From a bacterium (GTDB lineage: Bacteria; JAHJDO01), in contig JBDRTG010000005.1 in the NCBI GenBank assembly GCA_043824255.1, positions 24,650-88,649 of the forward strand: a DNA stretch of 64,000 nt, written 5' to 3'. The notes beneath the pieces were generated by a model. It did no database searches and was not told the DNA's origin. It saw nothing but the letters and a program-made list of their open reading frames with translations. The first letter of the stretch is position 1; every line of letters starts with the position of its first letter. Both the position numbers and the translations under genes were made by a program. This document shows positions 56,710 to 64,000 of this stretch, piece by piece.

Positions 56710-59700
56710 TTGGACCATATTCATACAGTTACTAACTTTATAGAACTAGAATCCAGAATAAACAAATTCAGATTATTCTGGAAATGCATCAGGCTCTTTG
56801 AGGGAATTACCATCTTCCTTTTTTTAATTCTAATATCAATAATAACTGTTTTAGGTTTGGACAGTTTAATCCATTTTCCCACCAGTATGCGTCTATTTTG
56901 CCTTATTGCTTTCTGGACAGGAGCCATTACCTGCCTCGTAGTATTTATCATAAAACCAATGATAAAATATTTCAATATTGACCAGGTCGCAGTACATATA
57001 GAAAAAGCATACCCCTATATTAATAACCGGCTCATAAACGCTATCCAATTGGGAAGGAAACTAGATTCTCACACAGCTGCCTTTACTGATGCACTCATAA
57101 CAGATAGTTTAAAAACCACACAGATGTTAAGCCTGAAAAAAGCTGTAAATAAAAGGAAGTTATGTGTATTTGCTTATCTTTTAGCAGGTTCTGTTCTTTT
57201 AACTATTCTCTACTGCGCGGCATTTCCTAGATATTTTAAGAATTCTTATGCAAGACTCATGCATCCTCTCAAAGACATTCCCCCAATTACACTAACCACA
57301 TTAAATATAGTGCCGGGGAATTGTACGGTGTTTAATGGCGATGATGTTACCATCATTACTTCTATTAAAGGAGTAATGCCTTATGGAGCAGAAATCATAT
57401 ACAAATATGAGAATGAGAAAAAATATTCACATACACAAATGAATTTTAAAAACAACTCTTTCTTATACGAATTCAAAAACATAACTCAACCTGTAAAGTA
57501 CAGAATTATTGCTGGTGACGGAAAAAGTGCTTTATATCAAATAGAAGTAAAAGAAAGACCACAGATTAAAAAGGTAAAGATTACTTATAGGTATCCTAAA
57601 TACACAAGTCTTCCTACTAAAACAGTAGAGTCTAATAGTGGCCATATAGAGGCTCTGATAGGAACTAGAGTAAATACGCAATTCTATTTCAATAAACCGC
57701 TGAAAACCCTGGAAGTTAAACTAAATAAAAAGAGAATTAGTTTCTCTATGATCAATCCTGAAATCGCACAGGGGGAAATTCCTGTATTGAATGATGGAAT
57801 CTATACTGTCTACTATACTGACGTGCATGGATGCAAAAATCTGACTCCTGATAAGTATAGGATTAAGGCAATTAAGGATCTATCTCCGCTTGTCAAAATT
57901 ACCTCTCCAGCAAAAAATATCCAGTTAAGCAAAAAAGATTCTATGTCTATAACCAGTAACTCAGTTGATGACTATGGTATAAAAACAATAATGTTAAAAT
58001 GCACAAAAGATGCAACAGTCTGCCCTCCTGATATAAGGAACTATGACATGCCGAAAAAAGAGATATTATCCAGCTTTAGGATTGATTTAAATAAAATGGA
58101 TATAAAAGTAGGAGAAATTCTAACTTATTACGTTGAAGCAGTTGACAACACACATCCAACACCACACAGGGCAATTTCAAAAAAATATAACATAGAAATT
58201 GTAGACAAAAAACAAAACTCGGATAAGGATAAAAAAATAAAGGGCATAATCGCAAAACTGAAAGAAATTATTTCTGAACAGATAGAAAATAAAAAAGGTC
58301 TAATCATGTTAAACTCAGGAGAACTCAACAAAGCAAATATTGATAAAATATTGGGCAAACAGGTTGATATTCGAGCAAAAACCATTGAGATTATTTCTTC
58401 TATAGACGAGACACATCCTGTTTATAAATACAAAGATCGCCTAGACTATACATCTGCAGTTCTAATGGTAAAAGCTATTAAAGGTCTGGATTCTGCAAAA
58501 AACTCTACTTCTCCTGCAAAATTCAAACTTTACCTCCATGAAACTGAATCAATACAAGAAGAAATAATATTAGTTCTTAAAGGTATATTATACCGTATTG
58601 AACAATTATCTCAGAATCAGGAGGCAGTTACTGTGGAGAAGTCTGAGAAGGATATTGAAAAAGCACATCCTGTTCTTAAAAAACTTAATGAAAATCTTTC
58701 AAAATTTCTTGAAGACCAGCAGGAAATTATAAAACAAACATCTGAACTTGCAAAAATAGGTTCTGAGAGGCTTTCAGAACAAGAAAAAGAACAATTAAAA
58801 AAGCTTTCCATGCTTGAAAGTGAGTGGGGCAAGATATTTAAAAAAGCTGCAGATGATCTTTCGCGCCTGCCAGATGTGGATTTCCCTGCTTCAACATTAA
58901 TTGAACAGACCAATCAACTCTTTAGTGATGTTGAAAAGATTGCTGATAGTCTTGTCCCTAACACAATAGAAATCGCTGTTCCCATTGAAGACGCAGGCTT
59001 ACTATTAGCAAAACAATTAAAACAAGACCTTGAAATCTGGCTGCCTGATAAGCCTGATAGAATAAAATGGAATATGGAACAACCTATTGGAGACTATGAA
59101 GTTCCTATGGCAGATCTGCCCGATGAGCTTGAAGATATGATTGGAGAACTTATTGAACAGGAAGAAGCCCTGATTGATGAAGCTCAAAATATTACAAGTG
59201 CATGGGCTGATTCTATGGGCGAAGCCGGGTGGGATGTTCTAGACGGACCAATAAGTAATTTCAGCGCAAAGGGTAAAACTGGAAATGTTCTTCCAGATAG
59301 CTCTGAAATAACAGGAAGAAGCGGAGAAGGCCGCAGTGGTAAAACTTCAGGAGAACTTGTTCAAAATAAAGTTATGGGACTTGGAGGCAGAAAAACACCA
59401 GCTCGTCTTACTCCTGACCCTTTTCAAAAAGGTATTATTCCAGAAGAAAAGGCAACAGAGACAGGCGGCGCAACTGGTGGAGGAAAGATAAGCGGCGCAG
59501 GTGGAGGAGGCCTGCCAGGTATGCCGCCACCTGAGGTAGAATTAAAATTAAGAATGCTGCATGACAAACAGCTTCAGGTTCTGAGCAAAGCAAAGAATAT
59601 TGCAAAAGGACTGGATAGACTCAATTATCCATCAGGTATGTTGAATGAAAGTATCAATTCAATGCAGGATGTATGTGAAAACATCAAAAATTATCAGGCT

Positions 59701-59916
59701 CAAAGGCTCCTTCGGACACAGCAGATTATATTAACCAAGCTTAAGGATGCACAAACATCAGTTGTGTATATAAGCAAGTCACGCCGCGAGAGGTCAATAG
59801 GTGTGCCAAAGGATTTACGAAAGAAACTAACAACCGTCAAAGACGAGGAATACATCCCCAAATACAACAAACTCCTCAAAGCCTACTATGAAAAACTTTC
59901 AAATCCGGATATGTAG
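56710..59916 (+). CDS. Large membrane-anchored protein (DUF4175-like: N-terminal TMs, Ig-like domains, coiled coil, Gly-rich tail)
   Basis: A.HIEK.YP...RLINA.Q, YPKYT.LP, D.SP.V.I, DDYG, YYVEA.DN, YYEKLS end; TTG start with AGGAG upstream. Confidence 0.7.
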   Translation: MDHIHTVTNFIELESRINKFRLFWKCIRLFEGITIFLFLILISIITVLGLDSLIHFPTSMRLFCLIAFWTGAITCLVVFIIKPMIKYFNIDQVAVHIEKAYPYINNRLINAIQLGRKLDSHTAAFTDALITDSLKTTQMLSLKKAVNKRKLCVFAYLLAGSVLLTILYCAAFPRYFKNSYARLMHPLKDIPPITLTTLNIVPGNCTVFNGDDVTIITSIKGVMPYGAEIIYKYENEKKYSHTQMNFKNNSFLYEFKNITQPVKYRIIAGDGKSALYQIEVKERPQIKKVKITYRYPKYTSLPTKTVESNSGHIEALIGTRVNTQFYFNKPLKTLEVKLNKKRISFSMINPEIAQGEIPVLNDGIYTVYYTDVHGCKNLTPDKYRIKAIKDLSPLVKITSPAKNIQLSKKDSMSITSNSVDDYGIKTIMLKCTKDATVCPPDIRNYDMPKKEILSSFRIDLNKMDIKVGEILTYYVEAVDNTHPTPHRAISKKYNIEIVDKKQNSDKDKKIKGIIAKLKEIISEQIENKKGLIMLNSGELNKANIDKILGKQVDIRAKTIEIISSIDETHPVYKYKDRLDYTSAVLMVKAIKGLDSAKNSTSPAKFKLYLHETESIQEEIILVLKGILYRIEQLSQNQEAVTVEKSEKDIEKAHPVLKKLNENLSKFLEDQQEIIKQTSELAKIGSERLSEQEKEQLKKLSMLESEWGKIFKKAADDLSRLPDVDFPASTLIEQTNQLFSDVEKIADSLVPNTIEIAVPIEDAGLLLAKQLKQDLEIWLPDKPDRIKWNMEQPIGDYEVPMADLPDELEDMIGELIEQEEALIDEAQNITSAWADSMGEAGWDVLDGPISNFSAKGKTGNVLPDSSEITGRSGEGRSGKTSGELVQNKVMGLGGRKTPARLTPDPFQKGIIPEEKATETGGATGGGKISGAGGGGLPGMPPPEVELKLRMLHDKQLQVLSKAKNIAKGLDRLNYPSGMLNESINSMQDVCENIKNYQAQRLLRTQQIILTKLKDAQTSVVYISKSRRERSIGVPKDLRKKLTTVKDEEYIPKYNKLLKAYYEKLSNPDM

Positions 59917-59942
59917 TAACCGTTGAAAAAATCCGAAATTTT

Positions 59943-60028
59943 TAGGATTAAGTCATAAGGATTAAGAATTAAGTAAAAAACGTCATTAAACTTAATCCTT
60001 AGAGCGAAGCGTCTTAATCCTTAATCCT
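59943..60028. repeat. Inverted array of GGATTAAG/CTTAATCC units between convergent genes
   Basis: TAGGATTAAG, TAAGGATTAAG, AATTAAG, then CTTAATCCTTA, CTTAATCCTTAATCCT. Confidence 0.65.
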
Positions 60029-60869
60029 GCTTTGTTACGGGTTCGGGTATTTTCTCAATTGACAATAATTCTACTTCAAAGATAAGCGTAGCATTCGGGC
60101 CGATCTGCGGGCCAGCAGCTCGTTCGCCATACGCAAGATCCGATGGAATAAAAAGCTGATACTTGCTTCCTACATTCATGAGCTGCAGCGCCTCAGTCCA
60201 ACCGGGAATCACTCGATTCGCTGGAAAGGTAACAGGCTCTCCCCTCTTGTATGAACTGTCAAATTCTGTGCCGTCGATCAGCGTCCCTTTGTAGTGAACC
60301 TTAACCTGATCAGTTGCCTTAGGCTTCTGACCTTCGCCCTTATGTAACACTATATACTGCAAGCCGCTCTTAGTTGTAATAACGTCCTTCTTTTTCTTGT
60401 TCTCTGCGAGAAATGCTTCACCTAGTTTTTTGTTTTCTTTGCCCAGTACATCCATTTTCTTCTTTTGCTCCTCCATAATCTTCATTTGCTTCTCCTGCAT
60501 CTTTTTAGAGAAAGCAGTTAATTCCTTCATTATCTCTTCCTGGGTAAGCAGAAGTTTCTTGTCATTAAAACTATCTTCAATGCCCTGAACCGCAACAGAG
60601 AAGTCAATATCCTCTTTTATTTCTTTCAGGCTGGTCCCGAGCTGCAGACCGATAGAATAGCTCAGCTTCTCACGAGCAGTCTTTAGTCCATTAGCATCAG
60701 CGGCTTCTTTCTTTATTGCAATATCTTCTTGCTTAACTACAGCTACCTCTTCCTTTATTACATCCTTATCCTTAGGTACTACAACCGCTTCTTCCTTTTT
60801 TACAGCACATGCCTGAGACGCCAGCAACAACCCTACTCCAACCATCATTACTAAAACTCTTTTCATCAA
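60021..60869 (-). CDS. FKBP-type peptidyl-prolyl isomerase (FkpA/Mip-like), exported
   Basis: Signal peptide, SYSIG, SGLQY, VHYKG.L.DGTEFDSS, VIPGWTEAL, LAYG, LIFEVELL. Confidence 0.95.
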   Translation of the reverse strand: MMKRVLVMMVGVGLLLASQACAVKKEEAVVVPKDKDVIKEEVAVVKQEDIAIKKEAADANGLKTAREKLSYSIGLQLGTSLKEIKEDIDFSVAVQGIEDSFNDKKLLLTQEEIMKELTAFSKKMQEKQMKIMEEQKKKMDVLGKENKKLGEAFLAENKKKKDVITTKSGLQYIVLHKGEGQKPKATDQVKVHYKGTLIDGTEFDSSYKRGEPVTFPANRVIPGWTEALQLMNVGSKYQLFIPSDLAYGERAAGPQIGPNATLIFEVELLSIEKIPEPVTKQD

Positions 60870-60974
60870 AATCTCCTTTTATTAGTTACTATTAATGCTG
60901 GATTATATCTATAACAAATTTCTATTGCAAGCAATAATATCTCAAAATCCCCTCTTGCCTGTCCTCTCCGTCGC

Positions 60975-61072
60975 AACCGCCTGCTTTAGCTGGCGGTTAT
61001 CTGTTATTCTTTCCGTCATTGCGAATCCCGAATGCTTTCGGGGTCATTCTGCGAATTGGTTGGGGAATCCAG
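60975..61072. repeat. GC-rich hairpins, REP-like remnant
   Basis: AACCGCC-N10-GGCGGTT (60975-98), CCCGAA-TGCT-TTCGGG (61027-42), GTCATT...GGGAATCCAG. Confidence 0.45.
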
Positions 61073-61075
61073 TGG

Positions 61076-61822
61076 TTAAAGGTTCTTTTTAGTTTTCTCT
61101 ACCCCATATTTAAAATGTTCCATAATACAGTATGCGCTACCAAATTTAGCAGGACGTAAGAGGGGCTTACTACTAAACTCTGTTTGAAAAATTCCATTAA
61201 TACGACCATCAAAAGATAATCTTCCCTCTGCCTCAAGTTTCTTCATATCCTTTTCATCTAAGTCATATATAGAACCACCGGCAACCACAATAGTACCTCG
61301 CCGGCGTGGATCAATTTTACCCTCATGCCTTGTCTTATGAGAAGCAGCAACTATGCCTTTTACAATCTTTTCCCTAATATTGTCTTTATAATTCAATGAT
61401 GACTGTTTTAATGCCTCGCTAAATTCTGATTCCAAAAATTTTGTCAGTCTAACAAAATTAGCTTTATCGTAAGCAGCGTCATAGGTTGCCTTTACATCCG
61501 GATTGTTTATGATGTTAAGCTCTTTGAATATCTTCTTAGCGCCGCGTATTTGCTCCCGCAACTCAACATCTGGTCTAGGCGCAAAAGCATTTACAGATGA
61601 AACATAAAGAAGAATCGCAGGACCAATGAATTTTTTCTCAATCTCCGTAGCAGCAACAAAAGCTTCAGATGCATCAAGAATATTTGAATCCATATTTCTC
61701 TCACTCAAGTGTTCCTCAAGATTCGAGAAACCCTTAGGATTTTTCGCAACTGCTGAAGTTGTAAAGAATGTATAGACCTCGCTTAAACAAGAAAGCTGAT
61801 GATTGTATGTTTCATCTGACAT
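61076..61822 (-). CDS. Hypothetical protein
   Basis: 248-aa ORF co-oriented with its neighbours; no confident family. Confidence 0.65.
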   Translation of the reverse strand: MSDETYNHQLSCLSEVYTFFTTSAVAKNPKGFSNLEEHLSERNMDSNILDASEAFVAATEIEKKFIGPAILLYVSSVNAFAPRPDVELREQIRGAKKIFKELNIINNPDVKATYDAAYDKANFVRLTKFLESEFSEALKQSSLNYKDNIREKIVKGIVAASHKTRHEGKIDPRRRGTIVVAGGSIYDLDEKDMKKLEAEGRLSFDGRINGIFQTEFSSKPLLRPAKFGSAYCIMEHFKYGVEKTKKNL

Positions 61823-61885
61823 GAAAACAGATTACCCCATTTTTTTTAAAATACAGTGTCCCTCTTCTGTAAAAGTTCTTCATAT

Positions 61886-63034
61886 TCACTGACCGATTAT
61901 TTCAGATTTACCCATTAATAACTCAACATTTAAACCACCTGCGGCATGTTCAAAAAATTCATCTACTTCGTCTACTGCCTTATATGACAAATAGCGGACT
62001 TTCTTCTCGAATTCTATCTTTTTAAATGTAGGGCGTTTAACTTGTTCTATAACACGGTTACGTTTTGAAATAGGTGCCACAATGAAAAGAGGATAATTGC
62101 TGTTTGGAGCAATTATCTTTAAATCTGAGAATCGCAGTAGTCCGGAGTATATAGCTGTGGTGTTTTCTATTTCAAACGCCGCATCAATCCGAAATTGTTC
62201 TTTCCAAATAACATCAATATTTTCTACATATTTACTATCTATATCTAATCCAGACGTAAACTGCTTTTCAAAATTACTGAAGTCATATTCTTCAGTGATC
62301 TTTGATTGGTCATTTTTGGGCACCCATACTTTAGAACCTGCTTTCATACCAAGACGTATGAGCTTCCATTGCATTTTGACGTGATCTGAAAGTTCGTCAT
62401 CGTCCAGTATTCTTTGAATATTATCCTGCCATAGCTCGTTTTCGTGATAATCAGATTTGTCCTCCATGATTTCAGTTTTTCTCGCTTCTATTCTTTCTCC
62501 ATTTTTTATACGCTGAAGTATCGAATAAAGATCATCATACATGGAATAAAATTCTTTAAGTTTGTCCTCGGAAATAATTGTAAATCCCCTTAAGTTCCAA
62601 GCAGGGTTATAATTAAACAGTTTTTTGAATTCGGAAAATGACAGATTAATTTCCAGCGGGTTGGCTATGAAATAAATCAAATCCCAACTTTGGGTAGTTT
62701 CTCCTTTAATATTTTTCCAAAGATCGCGAGCTAAATCCGGATTAACAGTTTTTGCAGCGACTTTACCTAATAGTTTTATGATATCACCTTCTACAATGAG
62801 TATATCGTCCCCCGGCTCCATGCGTTCAAATTTTGATCTATTTACAGGAACATCACGCGAACCCCATACAGCTATGCGTTTGTTCCCAAAGATACTCATT
62901 AACTGATAACGTAAGTTTTTGTTTATGAAATGGAAAATACGATCAGATTGCACTTCATTTTTAATAGTATCTTGATAGTGAACCAATGCTTCGTAATTAC
63001 CGGTTGGAATGTAAACAATAAATATTTTTTTCAT
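61886..63034 (-). CDS. Putative restriction-type nuclease: EVE/PUA-like N-domain + PD-(D/E)XK-like C-domain; start reassigned to ATG 63034
   Basis: AVWG...FERMEPGDDILI (EVE-like); IDVIW...AAFEIENTT.IYSGLLR..DL...FIVAP..KR.RV..Q..RPTF. Confidence 0.65.
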   Translation of the reverse strand: MKKIFIVYIPTGNYEALVHYQDTIKNEVQSDRIFHFINKNLRYQLMSIFGNKRIAVWGSRDVPVNRSKFERMEPGDDILIVEGDIIKLLGKVAAKTVNPDLARDLWKNIKGETTQSWDLIYFIANPLEINLSFSEFKKLFNYNPAWNLRGFTIISEDKLKEFYSMYDDLYSILQRIKNGERIEARKTEIMEDKSDYHENELWQDNIQRILDDDELSDHVKMQWKLIRLGMKAGSKVWVPKNDQSKITEEYDFSNFEKQFTSGLDIDSKYVENIDVIWKEQFRIDAAFEIENTTAIYSGLLRFSDLKIIAPNSNYPLFIVAPISKRNRVIEQVKRPTFKKIEFEKKVRYLSYKAVDEVDEFFEHAAGGLNVELLMGKSEIIGQ

Positions 63035-63165
63035 ATTCCCCCCATTATACCCCACCATCCCCAAATCATAAAGGATAAATTAAGGATAAAGGGAGAAGGA
63101 GAAAGGAAAAGGGGAAATGGGAAAGGAAATCATGGTGTAAATAACGAGATTGATTCGTTAGCAGT

Positions 63166-63495
63166 TTATATATCTTTTAAATATACGGATAGAGACGGAA
63201 TTTCATTCTTGGCAATATCCCACACAATATCAATATTTACACCAAAATAATCATGGATTAGTTTATCTCTTGTGCCTGCAATGTCTTTCCATGGAACATT
63301 TGGATACTTTTCTTTTGTTTCATCTGATAGTAATTTAACAGCTTCGCCCAAAATCTCAATATTTCTAATCACTGCATCCTGCGTTTTGTAGTCCTGCAGA
63401 AAATCGTCATATTCCATCTTTGATGTGTATGACACAATTCTATCAATGGATTCTTTCATATCCTGGACAACAGCAGTATCTTCTCTTTTAGACAT
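63166..63495 (-). CDS. HepT-like (DUF86) HEPN ribonuclease toxin
   Basis: DAVIRNIEILGEA, VPW..IAG.RDKLIHDYF (RX4HXY). Confidence 0.93.
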   Translation of the reverse strand: MSKREDTAVVQDMKESIDRIVSYTSKMEYDDFLQDYKTQDAVIRNIEILGEAVKLLSDETKEKYPNVPWKDIAGTRDKLIHDYFGVNIDIVWDIAKNEIPSLSVYLKDI

Positions 63496-63787
63496 AAACT
63501 AAATTTCTTTCAATATCTCTCGCAACCTCTTTTACTCGTATATTTTTAAGCCCATCTTTCGTTATCACATCAACCTTTGTCCCGAATAAATTTTCAAGAT
63601 ATTCCACAAGTCTAATAAACTTGAATCCTATTGGTCTTTCAAATTCAACAACTACATCTAAATCACTATCTTTTGTCATGGCGTCTTTTACCGCCGATCC
63701 AAAAATGCCAATTCTGGAAACACCATACTCTGTCGCCAACACGTCATGACTTTTTCTCATTAAACGCGTTATTTCATCTTTATTCAC
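63488..63787 (-). CDS. MntA-like minimal nucleotidyltransferase antitoxin
   Basis: FGSAVKDAMTKDSDLD (GSX10DXD); overlaps the toxin start. Confidence 0.92.
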   Translation of the reverse strand: MNKDEITRLMRKSHDVLATEYGVSRIGIFGSAVKDAMTKDSDLDVVVEFERPIGFKFIRLVEYLENLFGTKVDVITKDGLKNIRVKEVARDIERNLVYV

Positions 63788-63863
63788 TTCTATTGTCCTC
63801 TCACAATTTTACGGCTACTTTAAATGCTACTATACCTAAAATTGCTTAAAACCTCAATAAAAA

Positions 63864-64000
63864 TGTCAAGCCAAAATAGAAATGTCCTATTCTTACCAAA
63901 GTAGAAATGTCCTATTTTGTTAAGATTAGTAGTAGTAAGTTTTTCTTTTTGATCAAACTTTTTCTTTTTGTTAATTCTGTGCATATTGTGGATAACTCCT
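63864..64000. mobile_element. Probable terminal segment of an insertion sequence (ISNCY/IS1202-like) continuing beyond the window
   Basis: Begins TGT; tandem TAGAAATGTCCTATT at 63877-91 and 63902-16; no transposase inside the window. Confidence 0.5.

Noticed and set aside
60700..60800. K-E-E-x-V repeats in the FKBP N-terminus
   Set aside because: A degenerate low-complexity linker, common in exported FKBPs
1742..63849. Many short ORFs antisense to or nested in longer genes (e.g. 2263-2679, 5113-5409, 14984-15544, 36603-37163, 43819-44247, 46083-46286)
   Set aside because: They are shadows of well-supported genes with no motifs; the similarity of 5113-5409 to 46083-46286 only mirrors the two MC1 genes
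63987..63995. DnaA box as evidence for oriC
   Set aside because: Single box at the window edge inside a probable IS end; no dnaA or box cluster visible

Overview
A low-GC (roughly 33-38% by eye) bacterial chromosome segment from what looks like an anaerobic diderm lineage; the taxonomy cannot be fixed from sequence alone. Most genes lie on the minus strand. Housekeeping content: accA, three tRNAs (Gln-CTG, Glu-CTC, Pro-CGG), pcm, a complete polyamine operon, lolCD-like genes, lysS, rpsF-ssb-rpsR, a membrane pyrophosphatase, pth-rplY-prs-ppdK, murA, pabB, map, a cimA-like gene, mtnP and an FKBP. The most striking observation is two paralogous genes (5130-5435 and 46036-46332) encoding clear homologues of the archaeal nucleoid protein MC1. 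They differ mostly at synonymous sites and each has a matching sigma70-like promoter and its own terminator. Accessory elements: (i) an ArsR-led cluster of about 11.5 kb (16.5-28 kb) with a methyltransferase/ATP-grasp fusion, a PIG-L deacetylase, two GT4s, GH130- and GH100-like enzymes and a kinase-like protein; 5.6 kb of it is bracketed by a 167-bp duplication of the fusion gene's 3' end; (ii) a vapBC cassette between 44-bp perfect direct repeats; (iii) a defence-like island at the right end (EVE-like/PD-(D/E)XK nuclease, HepT/MntA) next to a probable IS end. No CRISPR array or rRNA was seen. All product calls come from motif recognition, not database searches.
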